The notes beneath the pieces are model-generated. The model was not told where the DNA came from. It made no database searches and saw only the letters and a list, made by a program, of their open reading frames with translations. This document shows positions 48,125-58,620 of a stretch of 64,000 nt of DNA, piece after piece (position 1 is the first letter of the stretch; every line of letters begins with the position of its first letter). A program made the position numbers and the translations under genes. The stretch is taken from the NCBI GenBank assembly GCA_963663225.1, contig OY760142.1, forward strand, positions 2,592,001 to 2,656,000, given 5' to 3'. Source of the stretch: Nitrospirota bacterium. Lineage in GTDB: Bacteria > Nitrospirota > UBA9217.

Positions 48125-48592
48125 ATGATTGATCACAAAACAGAATATCTTACCGTGCAAATTACCACACTCGAAAATTCAAAAGGGCTTCCAGTTCCTC
48201 ACTATCAAACAGATCATTCAGCCGGTGTGGATTTATATGCGGCCGTAAGTCATGACACTGTCATCGAAGCCGGAACGTGGAAACTTATTCCAACCGGCAT
48301 TGCAGTGGCTATTCCTGAAGGATTTGAAGGCCAGGTGAGGCCCCGCAGCGGTTTAGCGCTTAAATATGGTATCGGCATGCTGAATGCTCCCGGTACTATC
48401 GACGCCGACTACCGGGGGGAGATCGGTATTATTCTTTTTAACTTCAGCGATGATGCCTACACGGTAAAAAGGGGCGACCGTGTCGCTCAACTCGTTTTTG
48501 CGAAACTCGTGAGAACAGTATTTGCCTGTGTGGAGAAACTTCCGGAAACAAAACGCGGTGCGGGTGGGTTTGGCCATACCGGAATAAAGTAA
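48125..48592 (+). CDS. dut: dUTP diphosphatase
   Basis: AG.DL, RPRSGLA, GTIDADYRGE, RGAGGFGHTG. Confidence 0.97.
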   Translation: MIDHKTEYLTVQITTLENSKGLPVPHYQTDHSAGVDLYAAVSHDTVIEAGTWKLIPTGIAVAIPEGFEGQVRPRSGLALKYGIGMLNAPGTIDADYRGEIGIILFNFSDDAYTVKRGDRVAQLVFAKLVRTVFACVEKLPETKRGAGGFGHTGIK

Positions 48593-48642
48593 AAGTGCGA
48601 CGCTGCACTGCAAGCATAACTGAGAATAGATGGAGCAAGAGC

Positions 48643-49962
48643 ATGACTGTTATCAAAACAATAGCTGTAATTTGCACGTGGATATTGTGTGCAGCAACAG
48701 TGACTTTCGCAAGTGGAGATAACGTTACTGAAAAAATTCTGCCGAACGGACTTAAGGTACTGCTTAAAGAAGAACATAAGGCTCCAGTGGTAACGTTTCA
48801 GATATGGTATAAAGTTGGTTCCCGTAATGAACGTCTCGGGAAAACGGGACTTTCGCATATGCTTGAACATATGATGTTTAAAGGCACGAAAAACCATGGC
48901 TTAAAACAGTTTTCACAGACGATCCAAAGAAACGGTGGAAATGACAACGCTTTTACGTCGCACGATTACACGGCGTATTTTGAAAATTTTTCAGCTGACC
49001 GCATCGGGATAGCATTGGAGCTTGAATCGGACCGAATGCAGAATCTGCTGCTCGACGCAAAAGAATTCCTTTCTGAACGGGCAGTAGTGAAAGAAGAACG
49101 CCGGATGCGTTACGAAAATGATCCCGTCAGAACAATGCAGGAGCAGATGATGGCGGTGGCGTTCAGCGCGCACCCATACCAGTGGCCGGTTATCGGCTGG
49201 ATGGCTGATATTGAGAGCTTTACCCGTGACGATTTGTTTAATTACTACAGCATTTATTATGTGCCGAACAATGCGACGATCGTCGTAGCAGGGGATTTTA
49301 ATACGGCACAAATGCTCCTGCAAATTGAAAAATATTTCGACAATATACCGAAGGGCAAAGATGTGCCTGCCGTGTCTGCGGTTGAACCAAGGCAGATCGG
49401 CGAGCGCAGACTGATCGTAAAAAAGCAGACTGAACTCCCTGCAATATCTATCGGATATAAAGTTCCGACGATCCGGGATCAAGATTCATTTGCGTTAAAT
49501 GTGCTTCAAGGGATTTTGGGGTCTGGAAAAAGTTCGCGTTTATACAAAGCGCTCGTTTATGAAAAACAGATCGCACTATATGTCGGCTGTGATTATGACG
49601 ATGTCTCCGCGGATCCGAACATCTTTACAATCTCTGCCGGTGTTATGCCGGGTAAAACGCCGGAAGAAGTGGAAAAAAGCATTTACACTGAACTTGACAG
49701 ATTTAAAACAGAACTTGTTGCCGATAACGAATTGCAGAAGGCTAAAAATCAAATAACGGCTTCTTTTGTCATGGGCCAGGATTCAATTTTTAATCAAGCC
49801 ATGCTTCTTGGTCAGTTTGAATCCGTATCGAGCTGGAAGCTGCTTGATACATATCTGGATAACATAAATGCAGTAACCAAGGAGGATATCCTCCGTGTGG
49901 CAAAGAAATATTTTTCCGAAGATGACAGAACTGTAGGGATTCTTATTCCGATAAAAAAATAA
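48643..49962 (+). CDS. M16 peptidase, exported catalytic subunit
   Basis: Signal peptide, HMLEH, NAFT..DYT.Y, LESDRM. Confidence 0.92.
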   Translation: MTVIKTIAVICTWILCAATVTFASGDNVTEKILPNGLKVLLKEEHKAPVVTFQIWYKVGSRNERLGKTGLSHMLEHMMFKGTKNHGLKQFSQTIQRNGGNDNAFTSHDYTAYFENFSADRIGIALELESDRMQNLLLDAKEFLSERAVVKEERRMRYENDPVRTMQEQMMAVAFSAHPYQWPVIGWMADIESFTRDDLFNYYSIYYVPNNATIVVAGDFNTAQMLLQIEKYFDNIPKGKDVPAVSAVEPRQIGERRLIVKKQTELPAISIGYKVPTIRDQDSFALNVLQGILGSGKSSRLYKALVYEKQIALYVGCDYDDVSADPNIFTISAGVMPGKTPEEVEKSIYTELDRFKTELVADNELQKAKNQITASFVMGQDSIFNQAMLLGQFESVSSWKLLDTYLDNINAVTKEDILRVAKKYFSEDDRTVGILIPIKK

Positions 49963-49976
49963 AATTGTAAGCGGAG

Positions 49977-51335
49977 TTGATGATGCGGAGCTGTATTAAA
50001 AAACAAGCGAAAATAGTTTCTTTAGCATTCTTTACGCTGTTGCTGCTGACACCGGTCAGATCATATCCCGCCGAGCCGGTAGGAAAAAGGATAGTACTCA
50101 ACAACGGTATGGTGCTTTTACTGTCCGAAAAACACGATATCCCGATGATAACAATGAACGTCGTGGTCAAAGCGGGGAATACGGCGGCGCCGAATGACAA
50201 ACCTGGGCTTGCCTCTGTCACCGCCTCACTCCTTATGCAAGGGACAAAAAATCGCACTGCAGACCAAATCAGCGAAAAAATTGATTTCATTGGCGCTTCA
50301 CTGACAACTGCTGGTGGTGACGATTTTTCATCGGCAAGCCTGCGAGTCCTAAAAAAAGATCTTCGAACCGGCCTGGAATTACTTTCAGATATCCTTATAA
50401 ATCCGCTTTTTGAGCAAAAAGAAATAGACCGTAAGGTTAGATCCATGCTCGCCGAAATACAACGTCAGAAAGATGAACCCGCCATCCTTACAAGGGAACT
50501 ATTTGAAAAAACAGTTTTCGGCAGACATCCGTATGGGATTATCGGTGATGACATGGCCGCGTACCTGTCAAAACTTACGCGAAATGATCTTTTGTCGTTC
50601 CATGCCTCACAGTACTGCCCAAATAACACAATTGTTGCCGTTGTTGGTGATGTAACTGAACGAGAAATTATAAAACTTCTGAATGATTCTTTTAAACAGT
50701 GGCAGATAAAAAAGCAAACTCCACGCAAAAATCCCCAACCTCCGGTCATAGATGCAGTGGTTGTAAAAAAAATTGATAAAAACATTACCCAAGCAAATAT
50801 TATTCTCGGACATTTGGGAACCACGAGAACCGACCCGGATTACTATGCTCTTCTGGTCATGAATTATATTCTCGGCGGCGGAGGCTTCTCCTCCCGGCTT
50901 ATGGACAACATTCGCGACAATAAAGGACTGGCTTACGATGTGCACAGCGCTCTGTCTGCACAAAAAGAGCCCGGTGATTTCGCCATCACCATTCAAACAA
51001 AGAATGAATCAGCTAATCTTGTAATTGAGGAATCACTCAAGGAAATGTATAGGATGCAGAATTCTCCTGTCTCAGAGAAAGAACTTGCTGATGCAAAAGC
51101 ATACCTCACTGGAAGCTTTCCGTTGAGAATGGATACGTATGCAAAAATCGCCGGTATCCTCGCATCCATTGAAATATACAATCTAGGGCTTGATTATCCA
51201 TCAAAATATCAAACCTTGATCAATTCAATATCGAAAGACGATATTCTCCGTGTTGCAAAAAAATATCTTCACCCGGACAAGATTGTTATCGTTGTTGTCG
51301 CGAAGCAAGATGAAGCAAAACTGCACGCCTTCTAA
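49977..51335 (+). CDS. M16 peptidase, non-catalytic partner subunit
   Basis: Signal peptide, no HxxEH, GGGGFSSRL...IR...GLAY. Confidence 0.9.
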   Translation: MMMRSCIKKQAKIVSLAFFTLLLLTPVRSYPAEPVGKRIVLNNGMVLLLSEKHDIPMITMNVVVKAGNTAAPNDKPGLASVTASLLMQGTKNRTADQISEKIDFIGASLTTAGGDDFSSASLRVLKKDLRTGLELLSDILINPLFEQKEIDRKVRSMLAEIQRQKDEPAILTRELFEKTVFGRHPYGIIGDDMAAYLSKLTRNDLLSFHASQYCPNNTIVAVVGDVTEREIIKLLNDSFKQWQIKKQTPRKNPQPPVIDAVVVKKIDKNITQANIILGHLGTTRTDPDYYALLVMNYILGGGGFSSRLMDNIRDNKGLAYDVHSALSAQKEPGDFAITIQTKNESANLVIEESLKEMYRMQNSPVSEKELADAKAYLTGSFPLRMDTYAKIAGILASIEIYNLGLDYPSKYQTLINSISKDDILRVAKKYLHPDKIVIVVVAKQDEAKLHAF

Positions 51336-51549
51336 CTGGTCATTTTATTCTTGAGTGTAAACCCAATCGTCGATTTAACAGGTTGTTCTCCGCTATATTT
51401 AACGCAAAAATTGTTACGCCAAAACTCTAAGCGACAAAAAGCTTAAAGAAGCCGGTAGTGTGCAATATCTACAATCCTTGTGTGTCAGCTAGGTGAGTAA
51501 TACTGACTTTATAATTTTATGCTATAATTACCACATTTTAGGGGGATTA

Positions 51550-52449
51550 ATGCGTTCATTTAAAGAAATCAAACAAAATTATCGTTTTACTGATGAAGAT
51601 GCGCAACGGCTGGCACGATTGAAGCCGCTCATGGAAGAGCATGTAGACACGGTCATGACAGCACTTGACCATTGGATAGGAGGAACGAAAGGGGCAGCAA
51701 AGTTTTTTGTAGAAGAGACCCGAAAGCAGCATATCAACAAGGCTCTTCGTGAATGGTTCTTGGGCCTTTTTGCAGGCAAATACGACAGCAGATACAATGA
51801 TAAACTTATCCGCATCGGTGCCGTTCATGTAAAATACCGTGTGGATAGCCATTATATGAACAGAGCCTTCAACCTCATCAAAAATTCGTGCATTGGAATC
51901 TTGCAGCAGTCGGATGAAGAAAGAGAAGAGGTGACGAGCAACATTATTTCTCTTGAAAAAATTCTCGATATCAGTCTTGATGTAATTACTGCTTCGTATA
52001 TCGAGGAAGAGCTGAAAGCATACTCGCCGGTGTATAAAGTCAGGAGCCTGCTTATTAACTTTTCAGAACGTTTTTCTCAAGCCACGAATCTTCTACTCGT
52101 GATTGCGCTCATAGGCCTTACCATAGGCGTCGTTTGGCTTTTCATACTGGACGTAAAACAGCTTTTCTCCGGTGACATCGAACGCGGCATTATTTCGGCA
52201 CTGGGTTCTATGCTTCTTCTCTGGCTCATGATTGAACTCATGAATAATGAGATATCTCACCTCAAGGGCGGGAAATTCCATATCAGTATATTTGTCGGGG
52301 TTGCATTGGTTACCATGATTCGGGAAACCATGATTGCCACTCTCAAACATGAACGGCCAGAGTCTATTTATTATCTTATTGCTGCAATTCTGGTTATCGG
52401 TTTTGTCTATTGGATAGTCACCAGAGCGGAAGACAGGACAAAGCTTTAG
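51550..52449 (+). CDS. Protoglobin-type sensor globin fused to PsiE-like membrane domain
   Basis: FT.ED...L, W...LF.G.YD..Y.....IG..H, K.LD; four C-terminal TMs. Confidence 0.82.
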   Translation: MRSFKEIKQNYRFTDEDAQRLARLKPLMEEHVDTVMTALDHWIGGTKGAAKFFVEETRKQHINKALREWFLGLFAGKYDSRYNDKLIRIGAVHVKYRVDSHYMNRAFNLIKNSCIGILQQSDEEREEVTSNIISLEKILDISLDVITASYIEEELKAYSPVYKVRSLLINFSERFSQATNLLLVIALIGLTIGVVWLFILDVKQLFSGDIERGIISALGSMLLLWLMIELMNNEISHLKGGKFHISIFVGVALVTMIRETMIATLKHERPESIYYLIAAILVIGFVYWIVTRAEDRTKL

Positions 52450-52650
52450 ATACAAACGTTTAAATATTCAGCACCAGCCCATGATTATTCATAGATAAGT
52501 CTGTTGTTTTATAGTGTAAAATGGGCTTGTTCGCTTTTATTTGAGAATGATGTGGTAGATGAATCGTAAAAGCAGATCGTTTTTAGAAACGCGGGAATAC
52601 TAAGCAGTGAAGGGTTAAAATTGTTGCATTAGTTTTTTTACTGTTTATTG

Positions 52651-52689
52651 AGGAATCCTTTTCCAGCAGAAGCAGGAAAAGGATTCCTC
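52651..52689. terminator. Hairpin downstream of acs
   Basis: GAGGAATCCTTTTCC...GGAAAAGGATTCCTC. Confidence 0.65.
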
Positions 52690-52696
52690 TGATTTG

Positions 52697-54763
52697 TTAC
52701 AGCCGTCCTTTTACGATGGTATCAACTATTGTTGGGTCGGCGAGTGTTGATATATCACCGAGATTTTCCAACTCTCCGTACGCGACTTTTCGAAGAATTC
52801 TCCGCATGATTTTTCCACTGCGTGTTTTTGGCAAGCTTGGTGCGAACTGAATCTTCTCCGGGCTTGCAAGCGGACCGATTATTTCTCTTACATGACTTCT
52901 CAAATCTTTGACGAGAGTGGGATTCGGTTCGTTCTCACCTTTCAGAACTATGTATGCGTAAATACCTTCACCCTTGATTTCATGAGGGAATCCCACGACT
53001 GCCGATTCAGCTACTAACGGATGGCTTACCAGAGCGGATTCTACTTCAGCCGTGGCAATGCGGTGCCCGGAAACACTCAAGACATCGTCGATTCTGCCTA
53101 ACAGCCAGAAATCGCCGTTTTCGTCCACTCGTGCACCGTCTCCGGTGAAGTATTTCCCAGGGAATCTTGAAAAATATTCATCTTTGACACGTTTATTTCC
53201 TGGATCGCCGTAGGTGCCTCTGAGCATACCGGGCCAGGGTTTTTCAATTACAAGATAACCGCCTTCATTGACTGCGGCCGGTGTGCCGTCTTCCTTGAGC
53301 ACTTTGGGTACGACTCCCGGAAATGGCTTGTTTGCTGATCCGGGCTTAAGGCTCATCGCACCCGGCAGGGGAGCAATCATAAAACCGCCTGTTTCTGTTT
53401 GCCACCAGGTGTCTACAATCGGTATCTTTCTTTTGCCGATTTTTTCATAATACCATTCCCATGCTTCAGGGTTAATCGGTTCTCCAACAGAGCCGAGTAT
53501 GCGCAAGGATGATAAATCGTAGTTTTTTACCCAGCCATCTCCTTCCTTCATTAAAGCCCGTATGGCTGTAGGTGCAGTGTAAAAAGTATTAACTCTGTGT
53601 TTTTCAACGATGTCCCAATATCTTCCGGGGTTTGGATACGTTGGGATGCCTTCATACATAACACTTGTTGTTCCACATGCGAGCGGTCCATACACAATAT
53701 AGCTATGCCCTGTTATCCAACCGATATCAGCAGTACAGAAATAGATGTCTTCCGGATGATAGTCGAAAACCCATTTAAAGGAAAGAGTCGCATGAAGGAG
53801 ATATCCAGCCGTTGTATGCAGAACTCCTTTCGGTTTTCCTGTTGAACCGGAGGTATAGAGGATAAAGAGCGGATCTTCGGCATCCATAATTTCCGGTGCG
53901 CAATAATTCTCAATGCTTCTTGCAGATATTTCCTGATGCCACCAGAAATCTCTTCCGGAGATCATATTTACATCGCCATCACACCGTCTTACTACGATTA
54001 CTTCTCTGACCGCAGGACAGTTTAAGAGCGCTTCATCAAGATTGGCTTTTAAAGGCACTTTTTTGTTGCCCCGTATTCCTTCATCGGCAGTGATTACGAG
54101 TTTTGATTCGCAATGATTAATTCTGTCTCTCAGAGATTTAGGTGCAAAACCGGCAAATACTATGTTGTGGATCGCGCCGATGCGTGCGCAAGCCAGCATT
54201 GCGATGGTCAGCTCCGGAATCATCGGGAGATATAGAGTAACGCGGTCACCTTTCCCGATACCGTGTTTTTTAAGAACATTGGCAAATCTGTTTACTTCAT
54301 AATACAGTTGTTGGTACGTAAATGTTTTATAGTCGCCGTTGTCGGACTCCCAGATAAGCGCAGCCTTATTTTTATTAATTCCCGTCAAATGTCTGTCCAG
54401 ACAGTTGTAGCTAGCGTTCAGTTTCCCGCCGATAAACCACTGAGCAGACGGCTCGACGAAGTTGTACTCCAGTACTTTGTCCCATTTCTTATACCAAGAG
54501 AGAGTTTCTTCGGCCATTTTCGACCAGAATTCTTCCGGTTTTTCAGCAGCATATTTATATAATGCGTTGTATTCCTCTATGCTCTTAATGTGTGCGTTCC
54601 TGCTGAACTCCTCGGAAGGAGGATACACCGTTCCTTCTGCTGAAAGCACCTGAATGGATTCGGATGACACATTATGGTCGCCATTTCCATTATTGCCGGT
54701 ATTGTTATTTAATCCGTTTACAAAGACCTCATCGGTTATTTTAGTCTGTATCGCTGTGTTCAT
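52697..54763 (-). CDS. acs: Acetyl-CoA synthetase
   Basis: [50 protein letters not shown]. Confidence 0.98.
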   Translation of the reverse strand: MNTAIQTKITDEVFVNGLNNNTGNNGNGDHNVSSESIQVLSAEGTVYPPSEEFSRNAHIKSIEEYNALYKYAAEKPEEFWSKMAEETLSWYKKWDKVLEYNFVEPSAQWFIGGKLNASYNCLDRHLTGINKNKAALIWESDNGDYKTFTYQQLYYEVNRFANVLKKHGIGKGDRVTLYLPMIPELTIAMLACARIGAIHNIVFAGFAPKSLRDRINHCESKLVITADEGIRGNKKVPLKANLDEALLNCPAVREVIVVRRCDGDVNMISGRDFWWHQEISARSIENYCAPEIMDAEDPLFILYTSGSTGKPKGVLHTTAGYLLHATLSFKWVFDYHPEDIYFCTADIGWITGHSYIVYGPLACGTTSVMYEGIPTYPNPGRYWDIVEKHRVNTFYTAPTAIRALMKEGDGWVKNYDLSSLRILGSVGEPINPEAWEWYYEKIGKRKIPIVDTWWQTETGGFMIAPLPGAMSLKPGSANKPFPGVVPKVLKEDGTPAAVNEGGYLVIEKPWPGMLRGTYGDPGNKRVKDEYFSRFPGKYFTGDGARVDENGDFWLLGRIDDVLSVSGHRIATAEVESALVSHPLVAESAVVGFPHEIKGEGIYAYIVLKGENEPNPTLVKDLRSHVREIIGPLASPEKIQFAPSLPKTRSGKIMRRILRKVAYGELENLGDISTLADPTIVDTIVKGRL

Positions 54764-54880
54764 TTGATCCTCCTGATCCTAAGACTTATGGCCATAACCA
54801 GCAGTTTTAGAATATTAGTTAACGGTGTTTCGTGTTCGCACGTAATGCTCTAGCCTTTGATGTTTTACTACTATATGTAT

Positions 54881-54897
54881 AGCACAAGGTGTGCCAG
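54881..54897 (-). promoter_or_regulatory. sigma54 -24/-12 promoter of acs
   Basis: Minus strand CTGGCACACCTTGTGCT (GG-N10-GC). Confidence 0.75.
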
Positions 54898-55156
54898 TTG
54901 TTATTTTTCAATGTGTTACTGATTATTTGATGAGATTCGTCGGGATAAGTGCGTATTTTTTCTACGTGCTATGATGTTTTTTGCATCATTTTTATTGTAT
55001 TTTGCGCTGGTTGCCGGGAATAGATTGAGTAAAGGTGTTGTATCGCACAATTAAGGAAGGGTACAGTTAAATTATTTGAACCTTTCAGAACCGACGCAAG
55101 GAAAATGGGCGTGGACGTTTTTATCCTGAGGAATACTTGCTGACAAGAGTGTTCTG

Positions 55157-56818
55157 TTATCGGGTTATGATAAGATCAACACGTTTATCAATAGAATATA
55201 TGGGGTAGATCTTGAAATTTTTCACCCAAGGTTGAACAACGAAATAATCTGCTTTGTGCCACATAAAAGCCCAAGGCGCATTCTTGATGACGCGGTCTTC
55301 AGCCAGACGGTAAAGAGTGTAGCGTTGTTTTTCATCGATAGTCCTTTGCGCTGTCTCTATCAACCGATCAAGTTCCGGATCGATACACCGCGTGCGATTG
55401 CCGCCTGAGCCAATGCTGGCAGAATGGAAAAGTGGAAAAAGAAAATCTTCAGGATCCGGATAGTCTGCCCACCAGGAAAGCCAGAATGCATCAGGCTCTC
55501 CTTCATTGATTGCCTGTTTCAACGCACTCCAATCAAGTTGGATGATGCTTGTCTTCAGACCGACTTTTTCGAGATAGCTGCTTATTACTTCAATAATATC
55601 AAGGACCTCAGGTTCTTCAGCCGTTATATAAACCTTTATTGTTTTACCGGTTGCTCCTGCTTCATGGATTAACACAGACGCTTTTTGTGGATCGTATTCA
55701 TATCCTTGCAGTGTGCGTGACCATGCTTTGCTCTTCCACAGCCCCGGCGGTATGGGACCATTTGCCAGCACGCCGCGTTTTTCCAAAATGGTATTCAGAA
55801 TTTTTTTTCGGTCGATTGCAAGATTAACCGCCTGCCTCACCCGTAAATCATTCAACGGCGGGCGGGTGCAGTTAAAGCCAAGATAATAGGTATTGAGTCC
55901 GATTCTACCGTGGACCAGATCGCGCCATGCCGGATCGGTTGTGTACCGGCGGTATTCCGACGATGGAATGAGCAGTACATCAAGCCGACCCGTTTCAAAC
56001 TCCATCACTGCTGTAAGATTCTCCGGAATAACGCGATAATAGATACCATTCAGTTTTGGTTTCCCTTCAAAATAATCTTCCCGTGCTTTAAGTCGCAGGT
56101 ACTGGCCGTGCTTCCATTCGGCAAGGACATAGGGACCGCTGCCGATAGGGTGCATTCCGAAATCCTGGCCTAACCGTATCGCTTCTTCACGGGGAACAAT
56201 GTATGCCGTATCCATGGCGAGGAGAGACAGGAACGGGCCGAATGGTTCTGTAAGCTTTAAAATGATTGTATGATCGTTTACAATTTGGATGCCGGATACG
56301 GTATTTGCTTTTCCGGATATAAAATCAGTCGCACCTTCGAGCCTGTCCAGCACCCATGTCAAGGGCGCCTTTACGGCCGGGTTCAGGACTCGTTCGAATG
56401 AGTACTTAACATCATGTGCAGTGACCTTTTTGCCGTTGCTGAAACTGACATCCCGCCTCAAACGGAACGTATAGGTACGATGGTCATCCGAGAGTTTCCA
56501 TGATAATGCAATATCCGGCACAATATCAAGATTTTCATTGAAACGAACAAGGCCGTTAAAAATTTTGGCAGCAATTCCGCCGCCCTGGACATCAGTTATC
56601 AGTGCCGGATCAAGTGTAGTTGGATTACTGCTGAGGCGAAGGTAAAGGTAATTGCTTAATCGTCCATCATTGGCTTTTTGGCATCCGGTCACCGGTATGC
56701 AAAGCAGAAGAGCGAGGGATAATAAAAAAAAAGAGAATGTCAATTTTGCTGAAAATTGACGACTATCTTTTAGAAGCGTTGATGAATGCTTTGAAAATTT
56801 TCTTTGTATATTGGTCAT
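55157..56818 (-). CDS. ABC transporter substrate-binding protein (family 5, peptide/nickel)
   Basis: Lipobox VTGC, P.TLDP, PD.A.SW, PIGSGPY, W.ADYPDP; true start probably downstream of 56818. Confidence 0.92.
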   Translation of the reverse strand: MTNIQRKFSKHSSTLLKDSRQFSAKLTFSFFLLSLALLLCIPVTGCQKANDGRLSNYLYLRLSSNPTTLDPALITDVQGGGIAAKIFNGLVRFNENLDIVPDIALSWKLSDDHRTYTFRLRRDVSFSNGKKVTAHDVKYSFERVLNPAVKAPLTWVLDRLEGATDFISGKANTVSGIQIVNDHTIILKLTEPFGPFLSLLAMDTAYIVPREEAIRLGQDFGMHPIGSGPYVLAEWKHGQYLRLKAREDYFEGKPKLNGIYYRVIPENLTAVMEFETGRLDVLLIPSSEYRRYTTDPAWRDLVHGRIGLNTYYLGFNCTRPPLNDLRVRQAVNLAIDRKKILNTILEKRGVLANGPIPPGLWKSKAWSRTLQGYEYDPQKASVLIHEAGATGKTIKVYITAEEPEVLDIIEVISSYLEKVGLKTSIIQLDWSALKQAINEGEPDAFWLSWWADYPDPEDFLFPLFHSASIGSGGNRTRCIDPELDRLIETAQRTIDEKQRYTLYRLAEDRVIKNAPWAFMWHKADYFVVQPWVKNFKIYPIYSIDKRVDLIITR

Positions 56819-57470
56819 GAGGCGTTTTTTCCGGATGCCACTGCAGCGCTATAAGAAAATCATTTTTTTTTAGTTCAAAAGCCTCGATTACGCCATCAGA
56901 GCTTTGTGCGGAAGGTTTAAACAGTGTTCCAAGAACCTTTACACTTTGATGATGCGCACTGCGTACCAGAATCCTTGATGCCCCGGTGATGCGACGCAGG
57001 AGTGTTCCGGGAAAAACATCAACGTAATGAAAAACTGGTTTCCCTGAGCGGATTGGGCTATGCCTGATTGTTCCGGGAATCTGGAGAGTAATATCCTGAA
57101 AAAGAGTTCCTCCGAGCGCAACATTTACCAGCTGTTCTCCGCAGCATATGGCCAGAACCGGTTTTTTTATTTTATGCACCGCTTTGAAAAGACTGATTTC
57201 GAAACAGGTGCGGTCATCCGGCGAAATTGTTAACCGCGCTCCTGAAATTTGTTTTTCGTTGTAATACCGCGGGTGAATGTCATCTCCGCCGGTAAAGACG
57301 AATCCATCCAGCCGTTTTGCCAGGGAAGAAATGGACTCGTGTATCCCGAGAAGGGGGACAGGAATTCCTCCTGCTTTATACACAGCCTTGCCGTAATCCT
57401 GATCGAGAATGTTCATGCTCCTGGTTGACTGAACATCCAGGTTCATGGTAATACCAATCAAAGGCTTCAT
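56763..57470 (-). CDS. Peptidase C26 / PuuD-like gamma-glutamyl hydrolase
   Basis: GG.DI.P..Y, ICxG.Q..NVALGGTL.QD, QWHPE. Confidence 0.92.
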   Translation of the reverse strand: MKPLIGITMNLDVQSTRSMNILDQDYGKAVYKAGGIPVPLLGIHESISSLAKRLDGFVFTGGDDIHPRYYNEKQISGARLTISPDDRTCFEISLFKAVHKIKKPVLAICCGEQLVNVALGGTLFQDITLQIPGTIRHSPIRSGKPVFHYVDVFPGTLLRRITGASRILVRSAHHQSVKVLGTLFKPSAQSSDGVIEAFELKKNDFLIALQWHPEKTPHDQYTKKIFKAFINASKR

Positions 57471-57630
57471 GAGTGTTTCACCCTACAGGCAACCACATGG
57501 GGTGCCTTGTCGGAACGTATTTCGAAAAAACACAGACGGTGGAAATTGCAATTATACGGAAAACGCCGCTCGATAGAATCAGTCGGATATCTTTTTGCAT
57601 CCGGACCGTTTTCGATCAGCATGGATCGTT

Positions 57631-58551
57631 TTATCCCATCAGTATTTCCATGATTGCCTTTTGCACATGCATGCGGTTTTCAGCTTCATCAAAGATCACG
57701 GAGCAGGGGCCGTCTATTACTTCCGCAGTTACCTCCTCATCGCGGTGCGCCGGGAGGCAGTGCATGAAGACAGCGTTTTTCCCGGCAGATTTCATGAGGT
57801 CAGCATTCACCTGGAATCCCTGGAAATCATTGATACGTTTAGCACGTTCACCTTCTTGTCCCATACTGGCCCATACGTCGGTATAGACAACGTCGGCATC
57901 CTTGACTGCCTGGAGAGGAACAGCTGTGGTTTCAATAGTTGATCCGGTTTGCAGTGCTTCGGCACGCACACCGTCGATAATATCGGGGTTTAATGCATAT
58001 CCGGCGGGAGACGCAATGGAAAAATGCATGCCTGTTTTAACGCAGGCCTGAAGAAGGGAATTCGCCACATTGTTGCCGTCCCCGATAAAGGCGAGCTTAA
58101 GACCGTTCAGTTTTCCTTTTTTTTCCTGCAGGGTGAACAAGTCGGCGAGTGCCTGACAGGGATGGTGGAGATCAGTAAGTCCGTTTATGACCGGGATTGC
58201 GGCAAAAGACGCCAGTTCTTCAACAGTTTCCTGTGCAAAAGTCCGTATCATAATTCCGTCTAGATAGCGGGAAATGGTGCGCGCCGTGTCTGCAATTGTC
58301 TCACCACGTCCCATTTGCAAATCATCGGGCGACAGGAACAACGCTTGGCCTCCCAGTTGATACATGCCGACTTCGAATGATACCCGTGTCCTGGTAGAGG
58401 ATTTTTCGAAAATCATGCCGAGAGACTTGCCCTTCAAAGGTTGATGTTTTTTGCCGAGCATCAGCAATTTTTTGATTGCTTTCGTTCGTCTGAATATGGT
58501 TTCGACGTCTTTGAGTGTCAGATCGGAAATGGCCAGCAAATCCTTTTTCAT
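57631..58551 (-). CDS. argF: Ornithine carbamoyltransferase
   Basis: STRTR, HPCQ, DVWASMG, HCLP. Confidence 0.97.
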   Translation of the reverse strand: MKKDLLAISDLTLKDVETIFRRTKAIKKLLMLGKKHQPLKGKSLGMIFEKSSTRTRVSFEVGMYQLGGQALFLSPDDLQMGRGETIADTARTISRYLDGIMIRTFAQETVEELASFAAIPVINGLTDLHHPCQALADLFTLQEKKGKLNGLKLAFIGDGNNVANSLLQACVKTGMHFSIASPAGYALNPDIIDGVRAEALQTGSTIETTAVPLQAVKDADVVYTDVWASMGQEGERAKRINDFQGFQVNADLMKSAGKNAVFMHCLPAHRDEEVTAEVIDGPCSVIFDEAENRMHVQKAIMEILMG

Positions 58552-58620
58552 TGTGCTCTCCAAAAAAGAATCGGCGGCAGGGTGGTGCCGCCTCATACAG
58601 GGATAACCAGACTTGCCGTA

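Noticed and set aside
57467-57622. 51-codon minus-strand ORF between argF and the C26 gene
   Set aside because: It overlaps the next start, but has no recognisable motif or clear RBS; coding status cannot be supported.
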